Part shown: one piece after another, positions 38,095-51,039 of the stretch
Numbering within the stretch: the first letter of the stretch is position 1
How the letters are laid out: every line of letters begins with the position of its first letter
Assembly: GCF_963921235.1 (NCBI RefSeq)
Contig: NC_086108.1
Coordinates: 93,188,001 to 93,252,000 of the forward strand
Length of the DNA: 64,000 bases
Source of the DNA: Mobula hypostoma
Taxonomy: Eukaryota
Reading direction: 5' to 3'
Program-made: the position numbers and the translations under genes
The notes under the pieces: generated by a model
Database searches by the model: none
Told to the model about the DNA's origin: nothing
The model's input: the letters and a program-made list of their open reading frames with translations, nothing else

Positions 38095-39099
38095 ATTAAA
38101 AATGTGACCTACTGAAAGATATATTGTTTAACAGTCCATGATTCATGAACTCATTCTCCATTTACTTATTTTTTATAATTTATAATTTTACGTTCTTGCA
38201 CTGTATTGTTACCACAAAACAACAAACTTCATGACATGTGTCAGTAGTAATAAGTCTGATTCTCATTCTGTACACTGCCGTTTTCCTTCAGATTGATGGG
38301 TGGACCTTTGTTTCTGCCAAAGAGTTATATAACGAATTCCCACTGGATAGGCTTGATCCTGGCAGATTTTCGTCCTGGAAAATAAAAATTGTTTGCTCAA
38401 ATAAAAACAGACTTGTGGACAGAATGAAGCTGTTTTATAGCCTTGGTGCACGTGTAAGTGACTCCATTTCACTGCCAGAAACAATGAGAGATGCAGTTGA
38501 ACCCGATGGGAGTTGTCCTGGCCAGTACTTATCCCTAAAAAAATATTATTTAAACAGATTGTGTGATTTGGCTGTACATAAATTGGCCGTACATTTCCAA
38601 AAATACAACAGTGACTGCATGTCGAATGCACATTGTTCTCTGAAAAGTGCTTTGGACTGTCCTCAGAACTATTGCATAATTACAAATATTTTTCTGTGAG
38701 CATATCAGCATTCAGGTGCTTAATTCATGTGTGACATTCCAGGCTGCTCCCTAAACAGGTACATTATCTCATAAGTAGATTAGTACGTTATCAATTGGAG
38801 GATGGCTGAATAATGCATAAACAGGTTAAACATTCATGTCCTAGTGAAATAAACTGCACGCAAGGCTCTTTCACACAGCCATTTTGATTTCCTTTGGCTT
38901 CAGGATCAGCAGGGAAAGGGTAATCATGCCAACCAATAAAGCATTTAGAACAATAAAGGGCAAAAAAAAACTTCAATGACAATGGGTGAAAAATAACACA
39001 GTTCAGATTCATGATATGCGAAACATTTCATTCTTAAAAATATTATACAAACTTTAGTTAAACAAGGACAAAGAAAGGGAAGTGTGATAAATAGATGGA

Positions 39100-39390
39100 T
39101 TTATTTATTTATTGATTGATTGATTGCAATATAGTGCAGTATAGGCCCTTCCGACTCTTTTTGCTCTACTGCCCAGCAAACCTGAATTTAACCCTGGCCT
39201 AATCACAGAACAATTTACAATGACCAAATAACCTGCATCTTTGGACTGTGGGAGGAAACCAGAGCACCTGGAGGAAACCCACATGGTTAAGGGGAGAACA
39301 TACAAGCTCCTTACAGAGAATGGCAGGAATTGAATCTGGCTTGCCCGTACTGTAAAGCATTGTGCCAACCACCACACTACCGTGCCGCCA
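39100..39390 (-). mobile_element. V-SINE (tRNA-derived)
   Basis: Head GGCGGCACGGTAGTGTGGTGG (A box), GATTCAATTCC (B box), V-domain GTGGGTTTCCTCCAGGTGCTCTGGTTTCCTCCCACAGTCCAAAGA, (AATC/AAAT)n tail. Confidence 0.85.
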
Positions 39391-39614
39391 AGGCAGATGG
39401 CAAAATAATTAATTGACTTGAAATCAATAAATTGATTCTGGGTTATGGAAGTCAGAAATAAAAACAGAAAGCACTGAAATGTAAGCAACACACATCAAAG
39501 TTGCTGGTGAACGCAGCAGGCCAGGCTAGCATCTACAGGAAGAGGTACAGTCGGCGATTCGGGCCGAGACCCTTCGTCAGGACTAACTGAAGGAAGAGCT
39601 AGTAAGAGATTTGA

Positions 39615-42600
39615 TCCCATCTGATACAGACACCCTCTCTTAATTTGTGTCTGGTGCTTGCAGCACCAATTTTTTTTTCTCTCTGGTGTTTTTCTTCAAA
39701 ATAACCTTCTACTACTGTGCGATGAAGGTTTTTTTATGTCTAAGATTTTTGTTCTTTGTTTATTACTATAGTGATTATTCTATAACTTATATAGAATATT
39801 TATCTCCTGTGAATAACATCATTTTCCCTTAGTTAACCTTTTGTTTTAACTTATCCTTTTTCGTTATTACTAATGATCCGATCCGACGGTCATTTGTAGT
39901 TATATGTTTCCTATTTTTGATTTTCGCATAATTAAAATGGCGACTTGTCTTTCTTTTTCTATAATCTCCTTTTTTTTGGGACGCCATGTTCTTATGCTTC
40001 TTCTTCCCATAATCCAGTTTTCTTATTTTGGAAGCGATTTTTTATTTACTCGCTTATAACTAACTAATTATATGTACTGATACTTTTTTTATTTCATATA
40101 TTTTAGTAATTTTTACTATGTAGACTAATTTACAATACTGTTTATTTTTCACATATATTAGTCTTCGGGAGGTCACTTATTTAACATATATTTTTGGAGT
40201 TGCCCCCTGCAGAAATGGGGTTAAAGTTAGTATTAGTGCTTTTTTTCAGCCTTCTCTGGCTTAGTTCGGGGTTCTACTTGGGGTTGGGGGAGGGGGATGT
40301 CTTTTTCTTTTCTAATTTTTTCTATTGGGCTGATTCAGAACTACAAAGATGTCCGCAGTGTCGAGATTTCCGGTTCCTCTCTAATGATGCATTCCTCTTC
40401 CGATTTCATGAGCTCACATTATGGTTAACCCCTTACTTACCAAAGGGTTAATTTTTAGTTATGGCTCATACTATTAATTTTGTCTCTTGGAATACAAATG
40501 GTTTAAACCATCCAATAAAACGGAAAAAGATTTTCAAAGTGTTCCAAAGACTGAATGCTCATATTAATTTTGCACAAGAGACTCATGTAAGGAAAGAGGA
40601 CAATCAATACTTCTTTAAGTTTTGGAAAAAATAACAATTCCATTCAAATGCTCAAGCCAAAATTAAAGGCGTTTCAATTTTTATTGATCCCTCAATTACA
40701 TTTATTCATCAAGACATTATTTCAGATCCTAATGGCAGATTTCTGTTAATTACTGGGATACTTTTTAATAAAAACATTGCTATGGTTAATGTTTACGCTC
40801 CGAATGTGGATTATCCTGAATTCTTTAAAAACTTACTCACTTCCTTTCCTAATTTAAACGAGTATATGTTGATAATGGGCGGTGATTTTAATTTATGTTT
40901 GAATCCCATGCTGGACAGATCCATAGGTAGTCCAGCTTTACCGAATAAGTCGGCTACTATTATTAACTCTTCTATGTTGGATTCTGGGATTTCAGAAATT
41001 TGGAGATTTCTACATCCAAATGATAAGGAATTCTCCTTTTTTTCACATGTACGTCGTTCTTTTTCCCGTATTGATTACTTTCTTATTGACTCTCGTTTGA
41101 TTCCATATGTAGTTGATTGTAATTATGACATTATTGCTATTTCAGATCATGCTCCAATGAACTTTCCATTAAGCTAATGGATACCTTTTGTACTAGCAGA
41201 CAATGGCGATTTAACCCTATTTTGCTTCAAGATCAGGACTTTGTCAAATTTGTAAAGGAGCAGATTGATTTCTTTTCAACTAGTACTACGGAAGAAGTTT
41301 CCAACGGAACCGTTTGGGACGCCTTTAAAGCTTATATCCGTGGTCAAATTATTTCCTATTCGGCTGGTTTGAAAAGACGTATTAACAATGAAATACTTCT
41401 GTTGGTTGATAAAATTAAAGAAGTCGATAAAAAAATATGCTATTTCTCCCAGTAAGGAGCTGTACAAACACAGAGTGGAACTCCAATTGGAACATAGCTT
41501 ACTATTAACATCCTCGATTGAAAATCAATTAATGAGAACTAGAAGTGATTTTTATATTCATAGCGATAAATCGGGTAAATTACTGGCTAACGAATTGAAA
41601 TTTGATTCGGCTAAACATCAAATTACTAAGATTCGTAAATAGGATAAAACTTTCACAGTTGATCATGTTGGGATAAACCAAACCTTTCAAGAATTTTATA
41701 CCTCTTTACATCACTCTGATTTTCTTCATGATTCTAATTTCATGCATGATTTTTTAAGTAAATTGAGTTTTCCGAAACTATCACCCGAAGATTGCCTATC
41801 ATTACAAACTTCCATTTCAGAGGAAGAAATAATAACTGCAATCTCATCATTGAATTCCGGTAAAGCACCCGGTCCGGATGGGTTTACAGTGGAATTTTTA
41901 AAATTTTTTTCCTCCATTCTTTCTTCTAAGTTGTCCAGAATATTCAAGGAAGCAATCAGCTTAGGTAAATTACCACAATCGTTTTATGAAGCCTCTATTT
42001 CCTTAATTCTTAAAAAGAATAAAGATCCTACTGATTGTGTATCGTACAGACCGATATCTCTTCTGAATGTAGACTCTAAAATTTTTTCAAAAGTTCTAGC
42101 AACTAGACTGGAGAAGGTGTTACCTCAAATTATTTCTAGGGATCAAACCAGATTTATTAAAAATCGCTATTCATCCTTTAATATTAGGAGGTTAATGAAT
42201 ATTGTTTATACCCCCTCATTTACTACCCCGGAATGTATTATCTCATTAGATGCCAAGAAAGCCTTTGACAGAGTTGAATGGCCTTATTTATTTAATGTTC
42301 TTGAGAAATTTAATTTTAATTTGACATTTATATCTTGGATTAAATTGTTATATTACTCCCCGGTAGCCTCGGTTTGAACAAATAATTATAGATCTTTTTT
42401 TCCTCTTTTTCGTGGTACTAGGTAAGGTTGCCCTCTTAGTCCTTTACTATTTAATATTGCTCTTGAACCTTTAGCAATTGCTATTCGTGACTCGCCAAAT
42501 ATTGTTGGTATTACCCGTGGAAACGAAATACATAAATTATCATTATATGCAGATGATTTGTTGTCATACATCTCTAACCCGGAGAAGTCAATTCCTGCTG

Positions 42601-44615
42601 TCCTAGATCTGTTAGCTCAATTTAGTAACTTCTCTGGTTACAAATTGAATCTTAGTAAGAGTGAATTATTCCCTTTAAGTAAGCATGTACCTATTTATGG
42701 ACGTTTACCATTTAAATTGGTTACTGATTCATTTATATATTTAGGGATAACAATTACGAAAAAGTATAAAGATTTATTTAAAGCTAATTTTTTACCTTTA
42801 ATTGATCAGATTAAACTTTTATTTACCAAATGGTCCCCAATATCTTTGTCTTTGATTGGTCGGATTAATGCTATTAAGATGATCATTTTGCCTAAATTTT
42901 TGTATATATTCCAATCAGTTCCAATTTTTATCCCAAAATCTTTTTTTGATAACGTAGATTCAAAGATTTCCTCTTATATTTGGCAGAATAAAAATCCTAG
43001 GTTAGGTAAAAGGTATCTACAGAAATCTAAAAAGGAGGGGGGGCTCGCCCTCCCGAATTTTAGATGCTATTATTGGGCAATTAATATTTGATATTTAAAA
43101 TTTTGGTTACAAGATTTGGACGCATCTTTAAACCCTCATTGGGTAAATCTTGAATCTAATTCATTACAAGGGTTCTCCTTGGGTTCAGTTTTAGGAGCTT
43201 TACTTCCTTTTACTTCTTTTAAATCATATAAACAAATGAATAACCCAATAGTTAAGCATACTTTACGTATATGGTTTCAATTCCGAAGATTTTTTGGGTT
43301 TAATCAATTTATTCTAGCAAGTCCTATTACATCAAATTTTCTTTTTCAACCTTCTACGATGGATCAAGCTTACTTTGATTGGAAAACCAAAGGTATAATA
43401 TCTTTTCACGATTTATTCTTGGATAACTGTTTTATGTCTTTTGATCAACTCTCTAATAAATATAACTTACCCAGATCTCACTTTTTAAGATATCTACAGA
43501 TTAGAAACTTTTTAATTACTGTCTCTCCTAATTTTCCACATCCATATCCAATGGACACTTTGGAAAAAATCTTAGATTTAAATCTCTCTCAGAAAAGTGT
43601 AGTAGCAATTATATATAATATAATTATGAATCTATGTCCTGATGCTTCTAATAAAATTAAAGCTGACTGGGAAAGAGAACTTGAGATTAATATACCGACT
43701 GAAAAATGGGAAAAAATTCTTCAGTTGGTGAATTCATCCTCTGTATGTGCTAAACATAGGTTGATACAGTTTAAAGTAGTGCACAGGGCTCATATATCCA
43801 AAGATAAACTATCTCGTTATTGCTCTTATAATAATCCAATATGTGACAGATGTCATTCCGAGATAGCTTCTTTAACCCACATGTTCTGGTCATGTCCCTT
43901 ATTGGAGAAATATTGGAAAGATATTTTCGATATTATTTCAACGGTCCTAAATATAGACTTACAACCTCATCCAATTACTGCCATCTTTGAACTACCAATG
44001 ATAGACTTAAATAATTTAACCTCTTCATCACGAAGGATGATTGCATTTCTTACTTTAATAGCTAGAAGGTCCATTTTGCTGAATTGGAAAGAGATCAACC
44101 CTCCTACTGTATTTCATTGGTTTTCACAAACTATGGTGTGTTTGAATTTGGAGAAAATTAGAAGTGCAGTTTATGACCCTTCCATTAAGTTTGAAAAAAC
44201 TTGGAGGCCATTCATTCAGCATTTTCATTTGATGTAATTTGATCATTTCCAAACTTGTTTTATCTCCCTGTACTGTTGTTGGAGGGGATTGGAGTCGTTG
44301 ACACTAAGGTTTTCTTCTTTTCCTTTTTTAAGTTGTTAGTTTTGCCCAAGTCTTTTAGGTTAGTTGACTAATTTTGTTTTTCTTTGGGGATGGGGTTTGT
44401 TTGTTTTGTTTTTTTTTCTTTTTCTTTTTTTTTCCAGTTTTTTTTTATTTTGTATTATCCGTGGTTAGTTCTACATGTTTGGGAGCTTTGTTAATTTCCA
44501 CTACTTGGTTTTGCAATTATTTTTTTAAGTGTAACATTACATCTCCTTCTATTTGTATTATGGCTATGTTCTGTTTCTGTATTTTGAAATTAATAAAAAG
44601 ATTGAAAAAGAAAGA
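39615..44615 (+). mobile_element. L1-clade LINE (inter-ORF region, ORF2 and 3' UTR; ORF1 missing)
   Basis: 11-bp TSD AAGAGATTTGA at 39604-39614 and 44616-44626; AATAAA plus (GAAA)n tail. Confidence 0.95.
40461..44237 (+). pseudogene. L1 ORF2 (APE, RT, zinc knuckle), full span but disrupted
   Basis: MAHTINFVSWNTNGLN; GGDFN; SRIDYF; SDHAP; KAPGPDG; YRPISLLN; DAKKAFD; YADD at 42546-42557; CDRC..HMFWSC; several frameshifts and stops. Confidence 0.92.
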
Positions 44616-47299
44616 AAGAGATTTGAAAGTGGGAGGGGGAGGGGGGAGATACAAAATGATAGGAGAAGACAGGAGGGGGAGGGATGGAGCCAAGAGCTGG
44701 ACAGGTGATTGGCAAAAGGGATATGAGAGGATCATGGGACAGGAGGCCTGGGGAGAAAGAAAAGGGGGAGGGGGGGAAAACCCAGAGGATGGGCAAGGGG
44801 TATAGTGAGAGGGACAGAGGGAGAAAAAGGAGAAAGAGAAAGAATGTGTGTATACAAATAAAAAGCGGATGGGGTACGAGGGGGAGGTGGGGCATTAGCA
44901 GAAGTTAGAGAAGTCAGTGTTCATGCCATCAGGTTGGAGGCTACTCAGACGGAATATAAGGTGTTGTTCCTCCAAACTGACTGTGGCTTCATCTTTACAG
45001 TAGAGGAGGCCGTGGATTGACATATCAGAATGGGAATGGGACGTGGAATTAAAATGTGTGGCCATTGGGAGATCCTGCTTTCTCTGGCGGACAGAGCGTA
45101 GGTGTTCAGCAAAACGATCTCCCAGTCTGCGTCGGGTCTCGCCAATATATAGAAGGCCACATCGGGAGCACCGGACGCAGTATATCACCCCAGTCGACTC
45201 ACAGGTGAAGTGTCACCTCACCTGGAAGGACTGTCTGGGGCCGTGAATGGTGGTAAGGGAGGAAGTGTAAGGGCATGTGTAGCAATTGTTCTGCTCACAA
45301 GGATAAGTGCCAGGAGGGAGATCAGTGGGGAGGGATGGGGGGGGACGAATGGACCAGGAGTCGCACAGGGAGTGATTCCTGCGGAAAGCGGGGTGGGGGG
45401 GGGAGGGAAAGATGTGCTTAGTGGTGGGATCCCATTGGAGGTGGCGGAAATTACGGAGAGTAATATGTTGGACCCGAAGGCTGGTGGGGTGGTAGGTGAG
45501 GACAAGGGGAACCCTATTCCTAGTGGGGTGGCGGGAGGATGGAGTGAGAGGAGATGTGCGTGAAATGGGGGAGATGCGTTTGAGAGCAGACTTGATGGTG
45601 GAGGAAGGGAAGCCCCTTTCTTTAAAAAAGGGAGGACATCTCCCTCGTCCTGGAATGAAAAGCCTCATCCTGAGAGCAGATGCGGCGGAGATGGAGAAAT
45701 TGCGAGAAGGGGATGGCATTTTTGCAAGAGACATTGAGAAGAGGAATAGTCCAGATAGCTGTGAGAGTCAGTAGGCTTATAGTAGACATCAGTAGATAAG
45801 CTGTCTCCAGAGACAGAGACAGAAAGATCTAGAAAGGGGAGGGAGGTGTCAGAAATGAACCAGGTAAACTTGAGGGCAGGGTGAAAGTTGGAGGCAAAGT
45901 TAATGAAGTCAACGAGCTCAGCATGCATGCAGGAAGCAGCGCCAATGCAGCGTATCCTTGTAAGCGGAACAAGTGTTACACATGCCCTTACACTTCCTCC
46001 CTTACCATCATTCACGGCCCCAGTCAGTTCTTCCAGGTGAGGCGACATTTCACCTGTGAGTCGGCTGGGGTGATATACTGCATCCGGTGCTCCTGATGTG
46101 GCCTTCTGTATATTGGCGAGACCTGACACAGACTGGGAGATCGTTTCGCTGAACGCCTATCTCTGTTAACCAGAGAAAGCAGGATCTCCCAGTGGCCGCA
46201 CATTTTAACTCCACATCCCATTCCCATTCTGATATGTCTATCCACGGCCTCCTCTACTGTAAAGATGAACCCACACTCAGTTTGGAGGAACAACACCTTA
46301 TATTCCGTCTGGGTAGCCTTCAACCTGATGGCATGAACACTGACCTCCCTACCTTCTGCTAATGCCCCACCTCCCCCTCGTACCCCATCCGCTTTTTATT
46401 TATATTCACACATTCTTTCTCTCTCTCTCCTTTTTCTCCCTCTGTCCCTCTCACTATACCCCTTGCCCATCCTCTGGGTTTGCCCCCCCTCCCCCTTTTC
46501 TTTCTCCCCGGGCCTCCTGTCCCATGATCCCCTCATATCCCTTTTGCCAATCAACTGTCCAGCTCTTGGCTCCATCTCTCCTCCTCCTGTCTTCTCCTAT
46601 CATTTTGTATCTCCCCCTCCCAGTTTCAAATCTCTTACTAGCTCTTCCTTCAGCTAGTCCTGACGAAGGGTCTCGGCCCAAAGCGTCGACTGTACCTCTT
46701 CCTAGAGATGCTGCCTGGCCTGCTGCATTCACCAGCAACTTTGATGTGTGTTGCTTGAATTTCCAGCATCTGCAGAATTCCTTATGTTAGCACTGAAATG
46801 TACTTCGGTTGTATCTATGGAGATGGAAAGTGAAAGATGAAAGGTCATTGATCTGGTACGTTAATTCCATTTCTTTCTGCACAGATTCTCTCTGACCAGC
46901 TGTGCAATCCAGAGTTTAATTTTTGATTTTCAGCAAATGCTTTTGTAGAAACTAGGATGCGGAAAAGAGTCCAGGTAAAATGCATGGAGTGTTTATCACA
47001 CTAAACCCTTTATATTAATGTTGTCCATTCTCACTTTGGGCCCAAATCCAGTTTTGTACAGAGGGAACCTTGTCAATGGTATAAGGTGAAGCACATACAG
47101 CAGGGTGTGACCCGGAGCTGATTAGATCTTTGTATCCTGCGGCAAGTGGCAACCAAGAACACAAAGCTAATAAACTGAAGTTAAACATTATTCAACCTCT
47201 TGTGATTGAGAATAGGAAAAAAGGGAAGGCTTTTTTTATTGTTTGTGGTACGGAAACAAATCAATTATCCAAAGAACAAAATGAGGGTGAGACAGGCTT

Positions 47300-47820
47300 C
47301 TAAATGTGAGCAGTTTTGGGTCTTTTATCCAAGAAAGGATATGCTGGAATTTGAGACGGTCGAGGGGAGATTCACAAGAATGATCCCAGGAATGAAAGGA
47401 TTAATCTATGAAGAGAGTTTGATGGTGTAGGCCTGGAGTTTAAAGAAGGAGAAGGAATCTCATTAAAACCTATCTATTATTGAAAGGCCTGGCTAGAGAG
47501 GATGTTCCAATAGTAGGAAGTCTAGGACCAGAGGGCACAGCCTTCAGAATGGAAGGATCTCCCCTCAGAACAGAGATGAGGAGAAATTTCTTTAGCCAGA
47601 TGGTACTGAATCTGTAGAATCCATTGCCACAGATGGCAGTGGAGGCCAAGATATTGGGTATATTTAAAGCGGAGGTTGATAAGTTCTTGATTAGCAAGGG
47701 TGTCAAAAGCTACAGGGAGAAGGCAGGAGAAAGGGATAATAAATCAGCCATGATTGAATGGGGGAGCAGACTCGATGGGCCAAATGGCTTAATTCTGGTC
47801 CTATGTCTTCTGATCTAAAT
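47300..47820 (+). mobile_element. CR1 LINE 3' fragment
   Basis: CEQFW..RFTRMIPGMKGL.YEE; MRRNFFSQ; IFKAEVDKFL. Confidence 0.85.
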
Positions 47821-48544
47821 GGTCAGGGTACAGTTGTGAAGAAGATGGATCTGAAAGCACAACTGGAGGTAGCACAAAGCTGCCTGAGCAAAAATTGATA
47901 GTAGTTGACCTCGAAAAGGATTTAACTGCCATTATAAGTTCTCAAGAAGGCAGCCAACAGTTCAGCAAGTAAAGAGGAAACAAGAAGAATTACAGTTTAA
48001 TAATTAAGAACAACCGCAGATAAAGTGTAGCTGGACTGGAGAAGCAATATATGTTGGTAACATCTGGCTGCTTCTTCCAACTATCGGAAATGAGTCAGAC
48101 CATCTGCAATTAGCCGTACTAAAATACTTCGCAACTCTCACTTGGGGATGATTCGGAGTCTGGGAGAACAAGCATGAGGATGACCCTGATACTGTAATAA
48201 GGGTTTAAGGACAAGTACATCAATGCAGATGCAGCTGTGAAAATAATTTCAGGCAGATTGAACAGGAAGAAGAACTGAAAAAATGCTAGAATTAAATGAA
48301 ATTGTTCAGAAATATTTCATTAAGAGATTCGAAAGTGAATCAACTTGGACACTACTAGACATTTCAGTCAAATAAGCAGGTCACTAATCACTTAAAAACC
48401 TGGCCATTATTAAAATAGCATTAAATCTGCAAGGCCTCAACAAAGAACGTGAAACGAATGAGCAAGCAAAATCACTTTACTAGGTGCAAAATCTAGCCAA
48501 ATAAACATGTTAGCTGTTTGAGAAGCAGGTAAGACATTCAAAAT

Positions 48545-49570
48545 AACACAAGCTATATGCTGGAGGAACTCAGCAGGTCAGGCAGCGTCTATGGAAAGGA
48601 ATCAACAGTCAATGTTCAGACCAAGACCCTTCTTCAGGACTGGAAAGGAAGGGATAAGAAGCCGGCATAAGGAGGTGGGGGAAGAGGAATACAAGCTAGA
48701 AGTTGATAGGTGTGTAGGGAGAGGGGGAGGATGAAGTGAGAAGCTGGATGGTGATAGGTGGAAAAGGTAAAGGGCTGGAGAAGAAGGTATCTGATAGGAG
48801 AGGAGAGTTGACCATGGAAGAAAGGGAAGGAGGAGGGGCACTGGGGAAGGAGATAATCAAATGAGGAGAAGAAAAGAAATAAGAAAGGAGACAGAGTGGG
48901 GAATAGAAGAAGAGGGAAGAGGGCAAGGGGAAAATTGCCAGAAGTTAGAGAAATTGATGTTAAACTGGAAGTTAGAACGCATTCAAGTACAAGATAAACT
49001 CTGTAAGTATTAAGCGCAAGAGATTCTGCAGATCCCGGAAATGCAGAACAATACATACAAACTGCGGCAGGTCAGGCAGCATCTGTGAAAATGAATAAGC
49101 AGTCGTCGCTTCAGGTCAAGATCTTTCTTCAGGACCGGAAAGGAAGGGGAAGGTTGCCAGAATAAAAAGGTGGGGGAGGGGAAGAAGGACTAGCCAGAAG
49201 GTGGTAGGTGAAGCCAGGTGAGTCGGAAAGGTAAGGGGCTGGAGAATCTGTTAGGGGAGGAGAGTGGACCATGGAAGAAAGGGAAGAAGGAAAAGCACCA
49301 GTGGGCGGTGATTGGCAGGTGAGGAGAAGAGCTAGGAGGCCAGAGTGTAGAATAGAAGAAGAGAGAGGTGGGAGGAACAAAAAAATTACTGGAAGGAGAA
49401 ATAGACGTTCATGCCATCAGGTTGGAGGCTACCTAGACAGAATACAAGTTGTTGCTCCTCCACTCTGAGAGTGGCCTCATTGTGGGAAAAGATGGACCAA
49501 CATGTCGGTAGAATTTAGAATGGTTGGCTACTGGGAAATTCTGCTTCTGGCAGATGGAGTGGAGACGCTC
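48545..49570 (-). mobile_element. Two old Penelope-like 3' fragments in tandem (48545-48960; 49015-49570)
   Basis: Each has the terminal region, a degenerate hammerhead region and the purine tract; the second has a GIY-YIG remnant. Confidence 0.75.
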
Positions 49571-50129
49571 CGACAGGGGTAGATGCCTTGTAAGTGTTAC
49601 ATTATGGAGAGCCACAATCTGGCAAATGGAGAAGTTTCTTCATAGGCATTGTCAGAAATGAAAACTAGGGCAAAGTACAGTACCAGACCTTGTGGTTTGA
49701 GGATCAATGACTAACAGAGAAGTCAGTAATGCTCAAGAGAGAAAATAATTGCTGTATATATTCCAGTGCACCTGAATCAGACAGGATACACCCTGGAATC
49801 CTTAAGGAATGACTGACTAAAGAACTGAATGACTGAGTAAAGACAGCTACACTGAATGTGACACTGACTTAATGTCTAGGGGCGCAGTGACTTTTGCTCA
49901 GTCTAGCACAGTATGAATACAATCAGTATCTGAAAAACCAGAGGAGAACTGAAGAGAAATTATTCAGCCTTGTGCTCGTGTGTTGGAAGGTCAAGCACAT
50001 ACTCCTTATGGTGGCTGATCATTTAAAACAATATTTGTAAAATTACACACACCAGAACTATCAATTTACATAGTGTGGTCTCTGTTTCATGTGTCACTGC
50101 AAATGGTGAAAGATGGATTGTTGATGTAT

Positions 50130-50915
50130 TCCAGCATTAACATGACATTTTATGACAACCTCTGGCTCAGTGTCAATAAAACTGAAGAGCTGATTGTTGA
50201 CTTCAAGAAGAGGAAAGAGGGTGAACATGTGCCAGTCTACACTGGAGAATCGGCAGTGGAGAGATTCAGCAGCGTTTAATTCCAGGGCGTTAACATATCA
50301 GATGACCCATCCTGAGCCCAGTACAGGGAACGTTTGACAGTTTCTTTACATACTTGGCAAATTAAGGAGGTTCAACTTGTCACCGAACACTCTAACAAAT
50401 ATCTACAGATGTACTGTTGAAAATATCATTACTGGCTGCATCGCACAGGAATGTAAGAAGCTGAAGAGAATAGTGGACTCTGCCTAATACATCATGGGTA
50501 CCTTCCTCTCCACCATTGGTAGTATCTACGGGGCATGGCTACATCAATCATCAAAGATCTCCACTATCCATGCCATGCCATCTCATTATAGCTACCATCA
50601 AGCAGGAGGTACAGAAGCCTGATGTCCCACACCACCAGGTTGAAGAACAGCTACTACTCTTCAACCAACTGGAAAATCCATCATCACTGCAGTTTAACAA
50701 AACTATGATCACTCTGCACTAAAATGGACATTTTTTCCCTAATTGCATTCTTTCTTGTAAAAAAAAATGAATCATTTATGCTTAATTAGTTTTTCATGTG
50801 AATGCTGGTTATATGATGCCATGTGAGTGTGATGCTGCTGCAAATAAGGTTTTCATTGCACTGGTCTATACATGGATTTCTACGTATGATAGTAAACTTG
50901 AGTTCGACTTTGACT
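50130..50915 (+). mobile_element. Rex1/Babar-like 3' fragment
   Basis: DNLWLSVNKTEELIVDFKK..VERFSS; YRCTVENIITGCI. Confidence 0.8.
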
Positions 50916-51039
50916 CTGATTTTGACAAGCATCAGGAAGGAGGCAAAGTGGTGGAAATTTACAAGAGAAAGGAAAAGCATGCTGGGTGCACCTTCATTAG
51001 TGAGCAGGGGAATATGTTGGAAAATGCTTAAGGACAGCT

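Larger units (their letters stand above)
39484..46788. mobile_element. Inverted two-armed Penelope-like insertion interrupted by L1
   Basis: Minus arm 39484-39614 plus 44616-45950; plus arm about 45953-46788; 14-bp TSD AGCACTGAAATGTA at 39470-39483 and 46789-46802. Confidence 0.9.

Noticed and set aside
39330..39390. tRNA gene
   Set aside because: A/B boxes belong to a SINE head; no cloverleaf is evident.
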